Below, in pieces: positions 59,616 to 64,000 of a DNA stretch of 64,000 nt (the stretch's first letter is position 1; every line of letters starts with the position of its first letter). The notes under the pieces were generated by a model that did not search any database, had not been told where the DNA came from, and saw only the letters and a program-made list of their open reading frames with translations. The stretch is from Pocillopora damicornis (Eukaryota): the NCBI RefSeq assembly GCF_003704095.1, contig NW_020846216.1:1-64000 (forward strand), written 5' to 3'. The translations under genes and the position numbers were made by a program.

Positions 59616-62600
59616 ATGGGTTGCGGAGCTTCCAAAGTAACGCCACAAACTGAAGAATTCGAAGAAGATAAACCACTTCGCGCCAACGGACGAAACCGCA
59701 ACAAACATGACTCTTTATCAAATGGGCATGCACACTTGCCTAATGGCAAGGCAACTGCCGCAGGATTAGCAAATACTGAGAAAAATGGGGATGTAAATCA
59801 CAACTCTCTAGTAAAAAAAGATACTGATTATACAAATGGTGACGTTTTGAACAAACCCGCTCAAGAACCACAACATTCTCAGAACGGTAAGTAGATCACA
59901 GTAACAAATTGAAGCGCCCTATTAAAATACTGGAGCTAGAGTTAAGCTCGTAATCCTTCAGTCTTAATTTTTTACTCAGGCAAATGACAACAGAAAGCGC
60001 TTTATCTACGCAACTATGCAAGTTACCATTTGTTGATTTATCACAATTCGTGGTGAAAAATACCTTGAGGGTTTGATTTAATTAAACATTACGCTTTACA
60101 CCCGCTGCGCGATCGATCCAACGTAACAACTTTCATGTTTGTGTATCTAAAATTCATCACCTGTGAAATCAAATTTTACACATTTCCATTACATTTGTTT
60201 GAATATTTCGTTGAGTGCAAACATACTTATGTACTTAGCCGGTGAATTCTTTATGATAAGAACTATTTGCCCAGCAATGAACTGTCATTTGGGATAATAT
60301 GTGTATGTTGAGACAATAATTTTTCTTCGGTTGGATAACATTGCTTAATAAGCTCATATTACCCGCTCTTAGACTGTGATGAACATTCGTTAAGTCCTTA
60401 ACATTTCGACGAAAATTTTTCCTTGAACACGTCTTACGAACACGGATGTAATCACGTTTTATATTTACTCTTAACTAAATTTCGCTGGCTTTTAATCGAA
60501 ATTTTCCGCTCTCCTACGTACTCACAGTAACATTCGCAATAATTTATTCAGTTTAATTAAAAAAGATGAGCAATTCGAAACGATGACGAGGAAAAAACAT
60601 GGTGATATATAGAATAAGACAGATGGTAAGTTTTGAGCTCGGTAAAGAAATATAGAAAGATGTTTTTTGGCTCGTCACGAGCGTGGGACAAAGAAAAAAA
60701 ATTGAGGTTCGATTCTTCATGGGGCTCAAAATTTTTTTTTCTTTTTCCCACGCCTGTGACAAGACGAAAAAAAAAACAGTGATATTTCATACAAAGTTAA
60801 CAACCTGCTATTATTTCTTTCACTAGAGGAGAACCCCAGTGACAACACACAGCCTCAAGTTTCCAAAGCAGTGGCGTTTGATATTGTGCTTGGAAAAAAT
60901 GATTCTGATAAAGTTTCGACTGCACTGATGCCAAACCGACCCCCTCGTCGTTTACAGGTGGGTAGTTCCATGTGGCAATTATATTTTGCTGTTTATGCTT
61001 TACTTGATAAATATCTTCTGAGTTAAAAAGTAAAAAAAAATATAAACTCTTCCTTCAACAGAAAATTGAAAGCGCACCAGTTTTGACAAGAGAAGCATTA
61101 GCACAAAGACAAGCTGCAGCAGAATTAAACAGGCAAAAGGTAATACACTTTCCAATACAAACTAGTATTTTAATCCTCTAACTAGAGGGGAGAATTAACG
61201 ATCAAATCGTGGAAACTGCTAGACATTTCCTTATAAATTAGTTACAAGCATTTGGTTTTAGATTAAGACAACAACTTCTACCTGATAAGTTATAGCATTC
61301 TCATTACCCATTTGCTGGATTATATATAGATATCTTAGGAAGAAGTTACTTGTTAATCACCTCTGGGAGTCAAAAGGGTCAATATTACTTAGTGACTGCT
61401 CTATTGATTCTTAAAATTTTACTGTGAAAATCTAATTTACAGTAGGGAGGAGAGGGAAAGGATACATCCTGTGCAACCTTTACTGGCATGTGCCTCCCTA
61501 CCCCACCCCCACACACACACACACACACACACACACCAAGGGTTTCTTTTTTTTCCGTTAGGTTATTCTGGTTAGAAAACGATTGTAAACAATCACATAT
61601 AATTTTCAAAGGACTACAAGAGAGTGCAGATATATTTGTCTTTTCAAGTCCAAATGTGTAGAGTAATTGAACTGTGGCAATATTTTTGTTTAGATATTTT
61701 GTTTGAAACTACTTATTTTACAGTCTTGATTGTAAATGCAGCAGAGAAAACTTGCTTTTACAAGAGAAATTTAAGAATGCAAAATATCTATTTGGAGAAA
61801 TGTCCCTCCCCTCCCTCAATCTAAAGAAATGGGCCCCAGGCATGCTCTTGCCTGAAATGGGATCAGAAGACACACCTGTGCTAAAAATTAGTTGAGAGAA
61901 ATTATTAAGTTTTTTTTTTTTTACGTAATTTTACAATAGGAGTTGCAGAAGAAAGTCAAAGTTATGTCTAGAAGACGAACAGAACTTCTCATGGCAAGAG
62001 AAATGGACAAAGCCCAACAACAGAAGGCAGAGGTAACATGATCAAATGTGATTAACCCTTTATGCCCTGAGTGTGATAAACATCTAGTTTCTCCCAACAG
62101 TATTGCACCTGAATCAAACCTTAAGGCCATGAGAAAAAAGGAAATGATTGCAAACTTAAGAAGCTCTTGATTGTCTGACAAATTCTCCTTGTAAGTAACA
62201 TAGGAAATGTGTGGAGAACAGTATGAAGAATATGCATACTGATGTTAGGGTGTAAAGGATCAACTCATGAAACATTTATGTCTACAAGTAAAAACTTCTT
62301 CAAGTTTTTGGAACCACAACTTTAAAATTGTTGTTTTTTTTATGGTGATGACCCTACAGTTAGAGGAAAAACTGACAATGTCAGAGAGAAATAGAGAAAA
62401 ACACCAAGCTGAAATCAAAGCCAAACAGAGAAGAAGAGAAGAAAAGGCAAAAAGAGTACGCAATAAAGCTAAGCAGATCCAAGAAGGCGATGATGTAGTT
62501 GGCCTTGCTGTGGATCATGATGAAACATATAATGCAGATGAAGAAGGTAAAAGTACTGGGCCCAGTTGTATAAAAGGCAGATAACGCTATCCAATGGATA

Positions 62601-63129
62601 AGTGATGGCAAAACATCGAGTGTTATCCACTGGATAAAGTTTTATCTAATGCATAGGGTTATCCAACCTTCGAAAAACTGGGGCCTGTAATATAGCAAAT
62701 TTTAAATGAGCATAAAAGTAATCACAATCGCCAATCACAAGAAAGCAAGTCAGTGAGAGGTTTGCAAGGAGTCTGGCACTGATAATTAGTGCCACAAAAA
62801 AAGAAAACTGAGTGGAGAAATGTGCTTCTTGCAGCACTAATAATGAGGCATTATAATGAGGCATTATATATAAAACAGCTAGGCACCAATGTTTTTCTGC
62901 AATTTTTTTTGTTATGATTGAACACTAAATTAAATTTTTTTTTTAAATAGATGAGTCCTGGGATGTTGACACCTCTCACCAAAACAGCAGAAGTAGTAAT
63001 CTTGATGGCAAAAACAGTTTGCCAGTGTTAGATAACAGTAAAGAAGAATCTGATGAAATACAGAACAATGAAAATACAACAAAGGAACAGGAGAATCTCA
63101 GAGATGTACATGACTTCTTTGATTCCTGA
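59616..63129 (+). CDS. N-myristoylated/palmitoylated stathmin-like coiled-coil protein (STMND1/CCDC198 family)
   Basis: Exons 59616-59886, 60827-60957, 61042-61139, 61940-62032, 62360-62546, 62951-63129. MGCGASK N-terminus; AVAFDIVL..RPPRRLQKIE..LTREALAQRQAAAELNRQKELQKK resembles the STMND1/CCDC198 core. Confidence 0.8.
60600..60780. repeat. Partly palindromic interspersed repeat with a tRNA B-box
   Basis: tcgtcacgagcgtgggacaaagaaaaaaaatt pairs with aattttttttttctttttcccacgcctgtgacaa around gaggttcgattc. Confidence 0.6.
61510..61536. repeat. (CA)n microsatellite
   Basis: cacacaca... about 13 units. Confidence 0.9.
62052..62263 (+). mobile_element. piggyBac-like MITE (family B)
   Basis: TTAAcccttta...gatgttagggtgtaaagga; near full-length copy. 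Confidence 0.75.
62559..62684. mobile_element. PIF/Harbinger-like MITE with CTG target duplication
   Basis: ctg-GGCCCAGTTGT...AAAACTGGGGC-ctg, with internal tatcca..ggata palindromes. Related degraded copy at ~50741-50835. Confidence 0.7.
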
Positions 63130-64000
63130 CACCAACAACAAGATGTACAATTAATTTTTCAATCAAATCAACTTCAGAGCACCTCCACAGATTCTACTAA
63201 ATAAATGAATTTGAACAGGTAGATAGAAAAAATTCCAAATCTAAAAAATTCCTGCAAGTATAACAGCCTATGAACTTTGCGCCTCAATTTCCAGCATTTT
63301 CTTCTGTGTGATTTTTCCTTCCTCAGGGAAGAAGTGTTGACCCAGTTCTCAAAGAGCAGCTGCTTAGCAAACCTCTTGCCTTTTAAGGACCACAGCTTTT
63401 GCATATTTTGAAATTATATTTTCAAGAGTAACCTTCAATTTCAATTTTTTACAGTCTATTTATTACCAGAATCATGAAAGGGTGTGCTTGGTTTGGTTCA
63501 TTTGTAATGAAGAATTATTTCCATCAATAGGAAAATATCATTTAATCATCAAATCTCATCCAGTCTATTTTCTAAAAATTTAAATAGGCAATATTATTTT
63601 TGCTATTAAAACTTTCATTATGAACTGATTACTATCTGAAAACTTGTAACAGATTATTAGATTCTGAACTAATTTAAAATATTTATTGAAAATCTTAAAT
63701 TTAAGTATGAACAAAGATATTTTTTAAAGCATTTTTCATTTTGGGAGACTTATGAAGGTATGTAAATGATGGAAAATAAATTATGAGTCTTCCTCTTGGT
63801 ATTTAATTTTTCCTCTTGTTCCTGCAATTTTTCATCGTGAGGAGCCGTCTTGTGTCAACCAACCACACTAATGATGTTGATGCCTTATCTTGATAAGAGA
63901 GATTTTGTGGCCATGCAATACAACTTACTGGTATCAATACACATCATAATATGGCATTCTACAAGATTTCTCCAAAATTTTCAAGGTGTACTCATCCATT

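Overview
AT-rich, intron-containing animal genomic DNA, not prokaryotic. The repeat families (TTAA-flanked piggyBac-like MITEs, tRNA-derived SINEs, Penelope/hammerhead relics) suggest a scleractinian coral, possibly Pocilloporidae; this taxon call is inference. I assembled about 13 protein-coding loci by hand from splice signals and motifs: an intronless trypsin-like serine protease with three ~92-aa repeats apparently inserted inside the catalytic domain (+); the 5' part only of ATP synthase subunit s / DMAC2L (-); pinin (+); ACTMAP (+); a divergent bZIP gene (-) head-to-head with a small acidic orphan gene (+); a membrane-anchored M14 carboxypeptidase homologue lacking catalytic residues (-); Speedy/RINGO (-) head-to-head with NRDE2 (+); SRF (-); SYVN1/HRD1 (+); a tandem SUEL rhamnose-binding lectin (+, spans a 207-N gap); and a lipid-anchored STMND1/CCDC198-like protein (+). 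The best leads are the repeat-inserted protease downstream of the unfinished DMAC2L gene, the CRE/E2F-centred bZIP/orphan pair with uORFs and a degenerate zipper, the CArG+Ets cluster inside SRF, and the pseudo-carboxypeptidase. Exon coordinates were read by eye and need RNA-seq confirmation.
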